A DNA stretch of 64,000 bases from Lama guanicoe (GCA_013239625.1 MU054220.1:4093374-4157373), one strand, 5' to 3'. Shown: positions 49,920-62,446, counted from the stretch's first letter. A program made the numbers and translations. The notes: generated by a model not told the origin, from the letters alone.

Positions 49920-50135
49920 CAGTGATTCTCAGGGTGTGGCCTGTGGACAGCCTGCAGCACAGCTACCTAGGGAGGCCTTAATTTCTGGGCCGATTCCTGG
50001 GCCCTGCCTCAAACCTACTAAGTCAAAATCTTTCAGGAGAGGGCCCAGGAATCTGCATTACACACATACACACACGTGCACGCGTGCGTGCGCACCCTGC
50101 AGGTGATTCTTAAGCTGAATAAAGTTTGAGACTTG
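49920..50135. mobile_element. MER5A (hAT-Charlie) with an internal CA/CG tract
   Basis: cagtgattctcagggtgtgg...gggcccaggaatctgcatt...caggtgattct...aaagtttgaga. Confidence 0.85.
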
Positions 50136-50929
50136 TTAACAAAAGCCAAGAGGCAGCTGTCTCCCTGCCCAGGTCCACGCCACCCTGGCTGAGGTTCACG
50201 TGGAAGATGGAAGCAAAACCTGGAGTGACAGCATGAGCACATAAGGCCTCGGAACCAGGAGGCTGGTCTTCCATCAGACATGGAATCAGCCACGTTCTCT
50301 CCATAGCACAATTTTAAGATCCTAATAAAGAATGTGCCTGATTGGAATGATTCAGGAATTCAGTACCAGTGCCTATTGGGCAGAGTCTGAGTTTGGTCCC
50401 GGCTCTGATACCAGCTGACTATGTGGTCCTGGGCAAGTCATTTCCTCTTGCTGGATATCCGCTCCCATTTTGACGAGGTGGGACTACACTAGTCACTGTC
50501 AAAGGTTTTTTTAAGCAGTAGAGTTTTCTCTCCAGTAAAGCCTGACACGGGTCCTGATAAGTAAAGAGGACATACTCTGGTAGGTCCTGGGGCAGGTCTG
50601 GTAGGTCTGAGGCACAGCTGGGGTGCTGGATCAGTTAGAATGCAAATTCAGCTGAGAGAAACCATTTCTGTCTCTGTCTCCATCATCTCTAACTTTGTGT
50701 CTCCCCACCATCTAATTGCAAGCATTCCAGGGCTGACTTGATGATTTCCAGTTTCCTTCTGTTGTGATGCTCTGCCATCCCTTGCCAGCTGCCCTTGTCC
50801 TCATGGTCAAGACTGGTTCACTACCAGGAAGCCCATATTCCAGCCAGTGAAGGGAAGGACATGCCACTTCGTTTCAAAATCGTGACCCATAGTTGTACAT
50901 GTCATTTCTACTGAATCCCCCTTCTTTCT

Positions 50930-51305
50930 TTCTGGCAGGGCCCCATTTTATCACGGGGATTCCCTACAACTCAAAAAAGTGTGGCCACATCTCCAGCTGC
51001 ACGAATGTATCCCCTTTGGTCTAAGCCAATCACTGTAGTCCATTCCGCTGGCTGGGATTGATTTAGACATGGGCCTATCACTCAATTCCGACCAGCAAGA
51101 TTGAGGAGAAATGTGCTGGGGGCTTATGGGAAGGGTTTCTCCACTGATTCACAAAAGGGTTGCAGACAAGAAAGAAACAGTCTCTTATTCACCAGCAAGT
51201 GTCTTGTCTGCCTAGGGTGCCTGGAATTGCTGTAGCCACCTTGCCCACCATGAGGAGACTCATCTAGAGGAGAAACCAACCCTCTGAGGGTGCACAACAG
51301 AGAGG
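50930..51305 (+). mobile_element. MaLR LTR fragment, MLT1J-like
   Basis: ttggtctaagccaatca...tgctgggggcttatgggaagggtttct...gcctggaattgctgtagccaccttg...accatgagg. Confidence 0.7.
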
Positions 51306-51329
51306 TCTCACTCGCTCCACTCCAAGCAC

Positions 51330-51640
51330 TACACTACCCCAGGGCCTTTGCACATGCAGTTCTCACTGTCAAGGACACTTTCCCCAGATTGCACCAAGCT
51401 CATTCTCCATTCAGGTCTCTGCACAGATGTCAGCTTCTCTGAAGAACTTCCCTGACTTCCCTCCCCTCCTTCACTCTCTTTCCCCTTGTTTGTTTGTTTT
51501 TCCATAATCTTACTTGACTTGTTATTTATATATAATACATACACATTGTGGATATATAATATACATTCACATATATATCCACTGTATATATTATATAATA
51601 CACACACACACACACACACACTGTGTTGATGTATATATGA
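51330..51640 (+). mobile_element. L2 fragment running into a (TA)/(CA) microsatellite
   Basis: cagggcctttgcacatgc...cagatgtcagcttctctgaag; (CA)n at 51601-51620. Confidence 0.7.
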
Positions 51641-51754
51641 GTGTGTTGAGCTCCCTCTGCCTGAGATGCCCTTCCCTAATGAGTCTCCTCGAGGACCTCC
51701 TCCCCTTCCAGGTTTGGCTCCCTACCATTCTGCAGGCTCCCCAGGGTGCTACAG

Positions 51755-52160
51755 TAGAGGAAGCTGACGCATGGAGTTTGGAAGCAGCATCATCGGGGTC
51801 AAAGGCCAGTTCCACCACTCACTAGCTGATGATCTTTGGCAAGTTACTTAGTTGTCCGAACTTCAGTCCCCTCAACTGTAAGATGGAATTACATCTACAA
51901 TGTGCCTGTGCTGTAGACTTATGAGCATTCAGGGAGGTACTGGGAAGGCCTCAGAGTCCAGTGGCTTTGGGTAGAAGGCCCCACTGACCACTTTCCAGCA
52001 GTGTGGCCTGGAGCGGTAGATCTCTCTGTGCCCTATGCTCCTAAAGCATCAAATGAGGACAGTAGCTGTGCTGACTTCAGTGAATTAAATGAGGCAATAT
52101 GTCTGAGCTTCTCGGCACAGGGATTGGCACATAAGAAGTACTAAACAAAAGATTATTATT
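51755..52160 (+). mobile_element. Two MIR fragments
   Basis: ttggcaagttactta...ctgtaagatgg; gaattaaatgaggcaatat...ttggcacataagaagtactaaa. Confidence 0.7.
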
Positions 52161-52439
52161 AGGTGTGCATAGTACATCCGTAATCATTCCGTTTCAGGGA
52201 TACACGGACCACAAGACCCAGCCTCTGCACTCAAGAGGCCGCAGAGGATGGGGCTGAAGATGTAGGTAGGGCCAGCTCTTGTAGGGTGCGCTCAAAATGA
52301 TCCCAGGAGACCTGGCGGGATTCGTTTCTGACCCTCCCCAGGTGGGGCCAGCCTGCTCCACACCAAGGATTTTGCACTGAGAGAGCATCTTACCCAGGTG
52401 GGCGGCCCAGGCGCCTGGCTTGGCACTGACCTTGGGAAG

Positions 52440-52830
52440 TTTCAGTCCCAGGTCAGCCCCCCTCCACCACCCACAGGAAGTAGCCCTGGCCGCTGGCTCA
52501 TCCCTCCTCCGGCTGGTTTTAAACTGTAGGCATTAGGTTTGCTAATCGCCTGTAATCACCTTGTTTGAATTAGCATGGCAAGTGCTTCCGACTAAACGGT
52601 CTGTTATTCCAAATAACCCTCAGTGGTTTTAATTACGTCCCCTGGAATGCGCAGCCTCCTGGCCCTCGGCTTTATTAGGGAAAGGTCCTGTAAACCGCAG
52701 GATGGGGCGTGATTCCCGACCTCCCGTCCACGGACCCCAAAATAAAGAGAAGCAGGAGAGGCACTTCACCCGTCCAGATGCCGAATGCTCCCTCAGCTCT
52801 ATTTTTAAACCCAATACCGGATGGAGGAGA
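52440..52830. promoter_or_regulatory. Candidate enhancer (CpG-retaining, multi-factor motif cluster)
   Basis: ACAGGAAGT 52473, TAATC twice, ATTAGCAT 52569, CAAGTG 52579, TAATTA 52630, GGAATG 52644, MEF2 consensus CTATTTTTAA 52799-52808. Confidence 0.55.
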
Positions 52831-53329
52831 TGACCCCACGCCTGCTCCCCACCCCCATCCCACCCCCGACCCCAGTTTCCTCTGCTTTCCGCATGCTTTC
52901 AGCGACCCATAAGGCTGTGGTCCAGAGACCCGCAGGAAACCCTCAGTCCGTGTCTATTTGGCTTTGGAGCCTGCCACCCCCTTCTCCCTCATTCTGTTGG
53001 CTTATGCCGAGGCTAGAGAATTCTTACGAACATCACCTCAACTTCAAGTGGCAGAGGTGGCACACAGAGAAGTCGGGACTCACTAAAGGGCACACAGTTG
53101 AGCACCCTTCTCAAACTTGGGTGGCACAGGAATGCCTAGGGATTTTGTTAAAATGCAGGTCTGGAGTCAGTGGGTCTGACGGGCAGCCAGGATTCCAGGA
53201 TTCAAAGCTCCAGCTCTTTCCCAGTCTTCCAACCCCAAGTTCCGTGCTCCATCCACAGTGTCTTACTAGCTTGGTGGAGACCCCCTTTTCCAAGGATCAG
53301 CCCTGTAGACGTGGTGGAGGAAGAAGAAA

Positions 53330-53750
53330 ACATTCATTCATTCAGTAGACGTTTCCTGGGCCCAGGGCCTGGCACAGGGGAGTGATTTAAAAGAAAAGGA
53401 ATGAGGAAGTTCCTTCTATGTCCAAGCCCTTGGCAAGATGCTGGAAGTATGACCGTGAGCAGAGATGACACTGTGCCGCTCCCGTGGGGTTTGCAGTCTG
53501 GAGAAAGCTGGGCAGAGTGTCGGGGCTAGATTTGAGGGCTTACTAGGTCCAGGCCCTGTCCCCCCTGCCTCTCAAGCCTTATCCCCTCAAATCCTCACAA
53601 CTCCCAAGTGAAGTGAGCGTTAGTGTCCTCATAACTGAAGAAACTGAAGATCAGAGAGGGTGAACCTACAGCTCAGGATCACACAGCTGCTTGGCAAATG
53701 GCAAAGACCAAGTGTGAAGCTGGATCTCTGGACCTCCTAGACCCTCCCCT
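53330..53750 (-). mobile_element. L2 3' fragment and MIR
   Basis: cattcattcattcagtag...; aatcctcacaac...gaaactgaagatcagagagg...ggatcacacagc. Confidence 0.65.
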
Positions 53751-54474
53751 CAATGCGGCCATCAGAACCAAGCTGGAGAGCAAAGGATTCCAAAGTCTTC
53801 AGGGTGGAGCTGACCACAAAGGGATGGTTTTGCTTAATGGCATGGGAGTGGGGGGACATTTTCCCGGACCCCACCCTGACACCGTGGTAAATGTTGAACT
53901 GCTAAACTGAGCGAGCTGGGGCAGGGCAAAGGTGAAGGGAGCCAGCTCGCAGCCCACGGGGCTGGGGAAATGAGCTAATTAGGACCTTTCAACGGTGCTG
54001 ACCCACAGCTGGGCAGCCCCAGCTGGTTCTGGGTGGACAGAGTCCTCCCTGCCCCAAGTTCAGAGGGTCAGCCCTACCGGTCTGCTCCCCTGGGCCCTCA
54101 GGTGCTGCAGCCACAGGACGAAGCAGGACTCACGCACTTCTGGGGCCAGATGACTCATTTTTATCCTTCCCTTTGCTGATGCGTGGTCACCTTGGGGATG
54201 GTGGTTACCAGGCAGTGTTTGGTAGGGAAGCGTGTGCCCCCCAACTTCCTGGTTTTATTTTGGCCTTGCCCATGAATCCACCAGCCAGGTGACCAGGACA
54301 TAGGTAAGAGTCACCCCGATTTACCACTGGTTCCCCAACACCCAGCATGGAGTCCGCATTGGGTGTCTAAGATTTTGAATGAATTAAGAAAGAAACTAGC
54401 TGTGTAAATCACCAGGGTGTAGACTAGCTTTCTCTGGGTAGTGTGCGAGTGACTTGGGTTTGGTTTTGCTTCAA

Positions 54475-55400
54475 CAGGATTCATTCAATTAGCACTTACT
54501 GGTAACTCTCTCTCTACTGGGCATTGGGAAGTCAGAGCTTCACTGAGCCCCTGGGGAGCCACAGTACAATGATTAAGAGCACATGCCTGTGCTCATAAAT
54601 ATTTTCAGATCTTTAAGTCTATTATAGAGAGTCAAGGAAGGCTTCTCAGAAGAGATGGCATTGGAGCACATCCATGAGGGAGGACTAAGGTTGATTAGGT
54701 GGAGGCATGGAATGGCCATCAGCTGCCAGTCCCTCAGCAGGAGCAAGAACACAGGGGTCTTGTAGGTTTCGATGAGGGGAGAACATCCCTGCGCAGCTCT
54801 AAACCTCCATAAAGTGGAGGAGTCCCCACTCAAAGGCCTCTGCTGTTAGTTCTTGATACAGGGCTCTCAAGAAAGCAAAGGAAGTTCTGGTTTAATTCAG
54901 AAAAGGAATCCAAGGGAGATGGGAACGAGTGTTTATTAAGTACCCAGATGGGTTCTGGATCAATAGTGGGAGTGAAAACAGACAAGGCCCTGGCTTTCTG
55001 GGAGCTTCTAGTGGAGAAGGGTGATGTCAACCACTCACACGACACACTGTAGCTGCCAACTGGGGTCGCTGTGAGGGGAAGACAGAATGCAGCACAGAGG
55101 GAGCTGACCCAGTGCGGACAGGGATGTGGGAGAGACTTCTGGAATAGTCAGTGTTTGAGCTTCTCACATTTACTCCTGGGTCAAGCACAGCCCTGGCCTA
55201 GCAAAGCTCAACGAGTGGGAGCAAATGCAATGTTACTGAGCATTCACTTCATCTAGACTATAACCAGGGAAGGAAGACACCATAATGATGCCCATTTTAC
55301 AGATGAGGAAACTGAGGATCAGAGGGTCCCACTGTAGGTGTGGGATGGAGCTGGGATTTGAACCCAGGCAGGATCCACAATACACTGCCTCCTGTTTCCC
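54475..55400 (-). mobile_element. Cluster of L2 fragments and a MIR
   Basis: gtcaaggaaggcttctcagaagagatggcatt; gagcttctagtggag; cccattttacagatgaggaaactgagg...gggatttgaacccaggc. Confidence 0.7.
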
Positions 55401-56210
55401 CAAACCTAATTTGGGAAGAAGAGGAAGTGGAGAGGACATGGTCTCCATGGTCTCTCAGTCTCCCTCGTGGAAAACTGAATAGATTTATCAACAGATCCAT
55501 AAATTCTTTCAACAAGACTCTCCATGAGAGAGCTTTCAGCACAGACCACCAAGCACATGGGGGCTGCCCCAAAATTTGAGCATCACAACTCTTGGGACCA
55601 GAAGGGGCCTTAAAGAGGAAGTGACTCAATAATTATTCTGGTCCTCATCTCTTGGGAACACTTTTTATTTCCCCAAGGGAGTCATCATTAAAGGGGACAG
55701 GTAAGGACACAGATTAAAGCTTTTAAATGTTGTAATAGTCATTTTAATCATTACTTCTATTATTTGCAAACTCTGGGCTACATCTGGGTGATTAAAAGCT
55801 GGGAACACAAGCCTGGAAGAGGCCCAGTTCCTCAAGAAAATCATACCTTTAGTTAAAGAGACAGGATAGAAATGTCTGGATGTCTGAAAGTTAAATAATA
55901 CAAGCAAGAAGGGATGTTTTGATTTAAAAAAAAAAAAAGGCAACACCCCATTAATTATAAAGAGTGGTTCAGGCTTAACCCTGAGGCTGGAGCGATCACC
56001 CAGGGTAGCCGGTGGTAAAGAGTTTCCCATGGAAGGAAAGACGTTGCTCGATCTTGAAGGATGGGGGAAATCTGATTAGAGGGCTGAGTGGGGGAAGCCA
56101 TTCTGTTGGTTTCTATCATCCTTGAAACAAATCCCTTTGGCATGCAGAATGAGCCACAACAGCTCTCCTTAAGAACAAGATAGGTTTTTATTAAGGAAAA
56201 AAAAATTCCA

Positions 56211-56340
56211 TATCTTGTAATAACCTTTAATGAAAAAGAATATGAAAACAAATATATGTATGTATATGCACGACTGGGACATTGTGCTGTTCACAAGAAA
56301 TTGACACATTGTAACTGACTGTAATTCAATTTTTAAAAAT
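56211..56340 (+). mobile_element. Very short L1 3' tip with perfect TSD
   Basis: tatcttgtaataacctttaatgaaaaagaatatgaaaac...gaaattgacacattgtaactgactg; aaaaaaaattcca at 56198-56210 and 56341-56353. Confidence 0.9.
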
Positions 56341-59300
56341 AAAAAAAATTCCAATTTGGGGTCTTTGGACAGAAGAGAAGAAAAGGACCAGCAGAGAATG
56401 CCCTTTGCCTTCCTCGCCCATTCAGAAAATGACTCATCTGGAGAAAGTGGTCCCCACCAGCAGAAAGGATGAGCAGTCCCTCGGCTGATCATGGAAAAAT
56501 TTTTCCACTTTCCTAATGTTCTCCAGGATGCCTGGGCTCACAGAGAAGAAATGCCCAAAATCGGCCCAGAAAGTAAAAAGTGGGAGTTTTGTGCTTAGAA
56601 TGGCTCAAAAAACTTAGAACTTGGAGAGTGGTGTGGCTCCTCTTGGGACTAGTTGATCATGCCTTATTATACGCATGACATGTAAGAATTATTCAGCTTA
56701 CAGCTCTGATCGTGACTAGAGCCCTCTGCCCTCCATAGGCCCCCAGCATCCCCGTTGCCAGGCCAAGAAGTCCTGCCTTCCCTCCTGCAAGGTCTTAGCT
56801 CAAGCTCAAGTCTCAACTGCCTTCATCAGGTGAGAAGCACACCAAGCTGCAAGCCCCTCTACCTGCCAGGCTCCCCGGACACACTCACCCACCGCAGACG
56901 TGGGCGCATGAGTCGGGAGCAGGGAGCTGGCTGCCTGCCCTGTCTGTCCCATCCCTGCAGCAATCAGCCCCCACAAGGCAGCGAGTGGGGGACAGAGTGG
57001 CATTGGAGTCAAACCCTTGCATATCAGTTTTGATTTCAACTGGAATTGCCTCCCTCAGCTGGATTTCAAAAGACAGCGTTACTAATGAGAAACACACAAG
57101 TTCTTGAAATGAAGTTAAGTTCTTAAAAAAAAAAAAGGCCTTTTCTTTGGCTCTGTTGATATATATTAGAACCACATTGTCTAAGGGAGGAAAAAAAAGC
57201 CGTTCTGCTTCTGAACAGAAATTCGGGAGTCCTGTATTTGGGAAGATAGAGGAGGCTGGTGTCCCGGACCATCGTTTCTCTCAGAACTTGGAGGGTCACT
57301 TTGGTTTGGGTTTTGCTTTTGCAGGGTGCTAGGGATTTGCAACTTCAATTTAAGACAAAAAAAAAAAAAGTAGGGAGGGCATAGAGTGAAGTGGGCAAAA
57401 ATAGAAAGCTAGGATTTTTAAAGTGCTGGTTTGATAACTGTTTTCAAGAGAAGCGGGAGGTGCAGAGTCAAGGATGGACGGGTTTACAGCCTGCCCGGGC
57501 CCCTCCATTCCCCTGCTCTGCGCACCCGGGCAAGTCCCTGCACCCTACGTAGTTCCATCTCCTCCATCTTTCCACTGGACCGTGATAACACCTCCTTCAC
57601 AGAGCCCCTCAGTGGACCTAAAGTGACCCTCGAGGAAGTGTTCGGTGTGTGTGTATGACATTCTATCCGAGGCCACAACTTGGCACTTGGATTGGGGGTG
57701 TCATTGTCATTTTGGGAGCTGTTGGGTCCCGAGAGTGCTTTGGGGCTGGTTCTTTTGAGGACACTCCTGTCTAATTTTCTCTGGAACTCACTGAAGATGT
57801 TCTAAGCCCTTCCATGGAGAAGGATCTCATGTTCAGAGCTGACAGAGGCCCTTTCTCTTCCCAGAATAGGAGGGGAGAAGGGAGCTTCATCCTTTTCTTG
57901 AGCACAGCCAGAGCCGAACAAGACTTGGGGAAGACAGGGACTTCCTACCTCTTCAGAAACCTGCACCAGAGAGGCCAGTTTCTGAATATCCCAGGGGCTG
58001 GTTCCTCCCAGAACCTCTGAGCAGGCCCCTGACTGTCTACTTCCTTCACATTCACATCAGCTCTTCTCCAGAAAGGCAGTATGGGCTACTGGACGGCTCT
58101 CCAGCCTGGGAGTCAGGAGACCCACTCTAGGCCCCACCCTGTGCCATAAGGGAGCTGGATGAGACGATGCCCAGGGCCTCTTCCAGAGCCAACGTTTTAC
58201 CAGTCTGTGGAGGGCTGAGATGCTGTCTGGCCTTCAAAAGCTTTCAGACACCCAGCAGGGGGACTGACAGAGGCTGGGCATCCCATCTGAATCAGTTCAC
58301 AACTCTCAGCATTTTCTGCAACTTCCTGAGGCAGCTGGACCCCTAAAAACACTGATGTAGTCAGGAGAGGGGTGGTTTGTTTCCCACCCTGGTGGAGCTT
58401 ACAAGGGATGAGAGAAGCATTTGTGTGCACAGCCAATCATAGCTTCACTCCCAAGGAAAACCAAGCTTCCCAAGGGAAGAAACCGGGCCTGTGTCCTAAA
58501 ACACCCTGCTGGGCCTCCTTTTCCTCTGGAGAGATGCAGACCAGTAGTGGTGAAGTTGGGCTTGGAAGAGGGAGTGGGGGGTCCCAGCATGATACGGGTC
58601 TGTTCTTGGTTCCATGTGGCTTTGATCTATTCCTTTAGCTTCCCCGGGGCCTTCATTCTAAGAAATAGGACCTTTGGCTTTTGTCAAAGTGGCCTGGGGA
58701 CAAATCACAGGCGCCCTTCATCCCTCTGCTCTGCCCCTCCCCGCTTCGCTCCAGGCTGGGGCTTTTTTTTAGGTCCCTGGGCCTTCAGAAGTTTTCCTGG
58801 CATCTAGAAGGAAATGAGGAGACATGATGTAAATTGCAAGGGGTTTCTTCTCCCGGGATCAGAAATCTGGCCCCAGCCCTGCTCCTTTCTCAGTTGAGTA
58901 GCATAAGGTCCTAACCTTTCTGAACATCAGTTTTCCCAGCTGTGAAATGAGAATGCCCGTCGGTCAGGCCCATCCTGAGGACAAGTTCAGAGGCAGGCTT
59001 TTTCTCTAATGGGGAGGTGGGCCCTTATTCAGATGCTTGTCAGGCATTACACACTCTTTGCAAGTCTATAAATTGACTAGTGGCAAAGTTAGGAGTCGCC
59101 CCCAAGAAACCCATCTTAGCCTTCCCGCCTTGGAAGCGTCTTTGGTTTCTTAGGCCAGGCCTGGCATGTGTCATCTCTGGGTCAGGCTAGAATCCTCCAA
59201 CAGGCCCCCCTTGTGCCCAGACGTAGTCTGGAGGCAGGCAGTGAGGAGGGGTGTGGAATCTGCAAAGCGAGAGGAAGGCCACGGACAGAACAGCCCCGAC

Positions 59301-60239
59301 TCCATGATCTCACAGCTGCCCCATCTCAGGTGTCTCTCAGAGTCGAGTCTTTGGGAGGCGGCCGTCCCTGAGAGGATCGGTCAGCTGGGCCAGCCCCAGC
59401 CCCCTCCCCAGCAGCTGTCCCACACCTGGCCCCGCCAAATCTGGGGGACTTATTTTCAGCCAAAGTCAGACCCTGACCCAACCAGCCCCAAACCCTTTCA
59501 GTCACCTTGAACGAGGAATGTTTTTTTCATTAACATCCTCCTTCTCTGCTCCCCTCCCCAGCCCCCCAAAGAGGCCCCCAAGCTCAAGCTTCCTCTCCCT
59601 CTCTCTGCAACTTCATAATATCCCCAGGCAGCTGGAAGGGAGAAGGCAGTGATCTCAGCTGACAGCCATGCGCGGCAGCCCCCACCGCCCACCCGGACCC
59701 CTCAGCTAAAAAGCTGTTTTCCTTCCCTTCGCCCACAATAGAGACAGCCCTGCATGCACCCGGAAGGCCTCTCCCCTGCAAGGGCTCCAGGGAACTTTCA
59801 CCCCAGAGACCGGCTCTGAGGCAGGAAAGGCAACCTCCATTTTATCTGCCAAGCGAGTTCACAGACAAGGTGTTTTTCAAATCCTCTTTGTCCCCATTTG
59901 ACAGATGAGGAAACTGAGGTGTCTTGCTCTGACCCTCCTGCCTGAGTGGAGACCTTTCTCAGTGGGGGTGGGGCTGGCCCCAGGCCCTCTGGGCCCCACC
60001 CCACTCCTCCCAGGAGGTCCAGGCCCTGCCTCAGTCAGCTGTTCTGCGTGTGTGCTGACCCAGCACTTCCTCCACCTCTGCTCACCACCTCTGTCTTCCT
60101 CTCTCCTCCCTTCAAAAATGCTGACTTTAGTTGACAACATAACTTTACTTTGGAGGAAACTGACAAGCTTGTGGTCTAAAGAGCCAGAATGCAGCACATT
60201 TTACTTTAAAAGGAAAAAAAAAACTGGAGAAATATAATT

Positions 60240-60440
60240 TGGCTTTTGAGTCATTTAGACTTTGGTTCAAATTCGGGCTCTGCCACTTACTGGCTATGTG
60301 ACTCCCCACATGACACTCAGCTTCTTTGAGTGTCAGTTCTCTCTTCTGTTAACCAGGTAGATTAGAAAAAGCACCTCCAGCCAAGGATTTGGAAAAGAAT
60401 TAAGTGAGAATCTTAAGTGCTCGGAAAATGTTAGCTATGA
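60240..60440 (+). mobile_element. MIR
   Basis: ggttcaaattcgggctctgccacttactggctatgtgac. Confidence 0.8.
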
Positions 60441-60601
60441 TGATGAAGGAGGAGAAAAAGGATGGAGAAGAGGAAGAAAGGAATTTTTTTAAGCTTCTGT
60501 ATACTTACAGCAAATTGTAATCAACTACACTGGATTGCCCTGAACTGCCTTTCCACCCACATCAGGAATGGGAGAGAGGCAGCGAGCCTGATGGTTCAGA
60601 T

Positions 60602-60770
60602 CTGCCCTGTCTGATACAGTGGCCACCAGCCACACATAGCTATTAAAATTAAAATTAAATTAAATCCAAAATTCAGTTCCTCAGTCACATTAGCTATGTC
60701 TCAAGTGCTCAGAAACCACACATGGCTGGCGTATCCACTATGGGACAGACTAGAAAAGTCCTAAAGCACT
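60602..60770. mobile_element. MER3/MER33-like hAT MITE nested in a MIR (about 60580-61010, plus)
   Basis: tggccaccagccacacatagctatt...aaaattcagttcctcagtcacattagc...tcaagtgctca; MIR resumes with ggagccaggctgcc...ctcagtttcttcatctgcaaaatgggga. Confidence 0.8.
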
Positions 60771-62446
60771 GATCTAAAACACAGGCGCTGGAGCCAGGCT
60801 GCCCAGAATCATATCTCGGTTTTGTCACTTAATAGCCATGTAACTCTGGGCAAATTACTTTGTTTTCATCTGTCTCAGTTTCTTCATCTGCAAAATGGGG
60901 ATGACAATAGTGCATACTCCCCTCCTAGAGTTGTTATAAAGAGCAAATAAATTACATTTGTAAAACAATTCAGCACTTGGCACTTAATAAGGACTGTTCA
61001 ATAAAAATGAGATTACAAATTATGAAATTTGCCACTGTGTATAAATGTCAGAAGTATGGCGCCTTACCATACACACACACACCTCAGTGCCTATCAACTT
61101 CCAAATACCCGTACCAAGTGAATCATGCATGTGTAATATCTCTTTTAATTTTAAAGCTTGTACATAATTTAAGTGACAAATATTAATTAAGGGAAAGGAA
61201 GAGAAAAATGTATCAGAAACCAGAGATTTGAAAGATACAGCAACTGAACACTAGATCTTACCCAGAGCTTCCTGGTGGCCAAGGTGAAAAGGAAAACATG
61301 ATACATGGTTTTGTTCTTATTGTCTGATGATCAAATGCTTTCATGTGCTTTCTTTTATATGACCTGATCAAAAAAGAAATCTTGATATGTTTGTGCATCA
61401 GTGCTGAATAGAAGTCAATGATTAGACCTCTCTTCTGGCAAATTCCAGGATGTCTCAGTTCGTACACACAGCTAAGAGATGAAAACCCCTGCTAGTATGT
61501 GACTTTGTTTTCCCATATCCTCTGCCCCAAAGAGGCAGAGTTTTCCAATAACCTCAAAGTGTTTCCACCTAGCCCTGACCCAACCCCAGCCCCTCTCCCA
61601 TGAAACAAGCACTGTGAGCTTTAGCCGTGTCATAACCCGGCACACATCTGTTCCTCGCACAGGAATCACCATAGAGGCTGGTAGAGCTTCTTTGTCATGG
61701 GATCCTATAGTATCGTCCATTTCACAACCAGAGGAAATAGATTCACAGAGACTCAAATTTCTTGCCTTCAGCAGGGAGCAAATCAGTTTCCAGACCTGTC
61801 AGAAATAGCAAGGACTCCCACGGCAGTGTCTCTGAGGTCCAGAGATCTGTGCCAATCCCGGGTCTTGCTCATGCTTAGTCTGCCTTCTGCCTCAGGGTGG
61901 ATGGAGAGGAGCCTCAGGAGATGCAGGATGTGGCTAACAAGATTAGCCTCAAGCTCATGTTATCCTGCTCCACTCCATGGGAAGGTCTGCCAGTCTGCCT
62001 GTCTCACCAAAACAGTCTGCCCATCTTCTCCCGGATGCCCCACACCCAGGCCTGGCAGCCTAGCCAGCAGAGAACAAGACTGACATTTACAAGCCTGTGA
62101 TGTGTTAAAGTCAAGTTTGAAGAGACCCAGCAGGAAATGGCTGGGCCCAGGACCAGCCCAGGTGCCATTATAACCCAGCGGACACGTGTAGCACTCTGCC
62201 TTGTCCAGATGTCTTCCCTGGCCAGGGCCATTCCCTCCTGGGTCTCTGTCCTTCCTGAAGCCCATCCCAGTGGCTTCAGCTAATCTCTGCTCTTGCTTAT
62301 GACCTAGCTGATAAGAGGACACTCCACCCGAGAGACAGGCCCATTTGGAGAGGGGATTCTTAAAGCCCAAAAAACCTTTAAGGCTCACAGCAAGGAAATG
62401 ATGATGATGAATGATGGGCAGGCAAGTTGCTTTGGTTCAAGGCCCC

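Noticed and set aside
52821..53348. 175-aa ORF
   Set aside because: Runs through MIR and MER5-like remnants with no recognisable protein features.
58251..58266. CTCF-like word ccagcagggggac (similar partial matches near 1005, 38746 and 43650)
   Set aside because: Each deviates from the core consensus at key positions and cannot be supported without a PWM scan or ChIP data.
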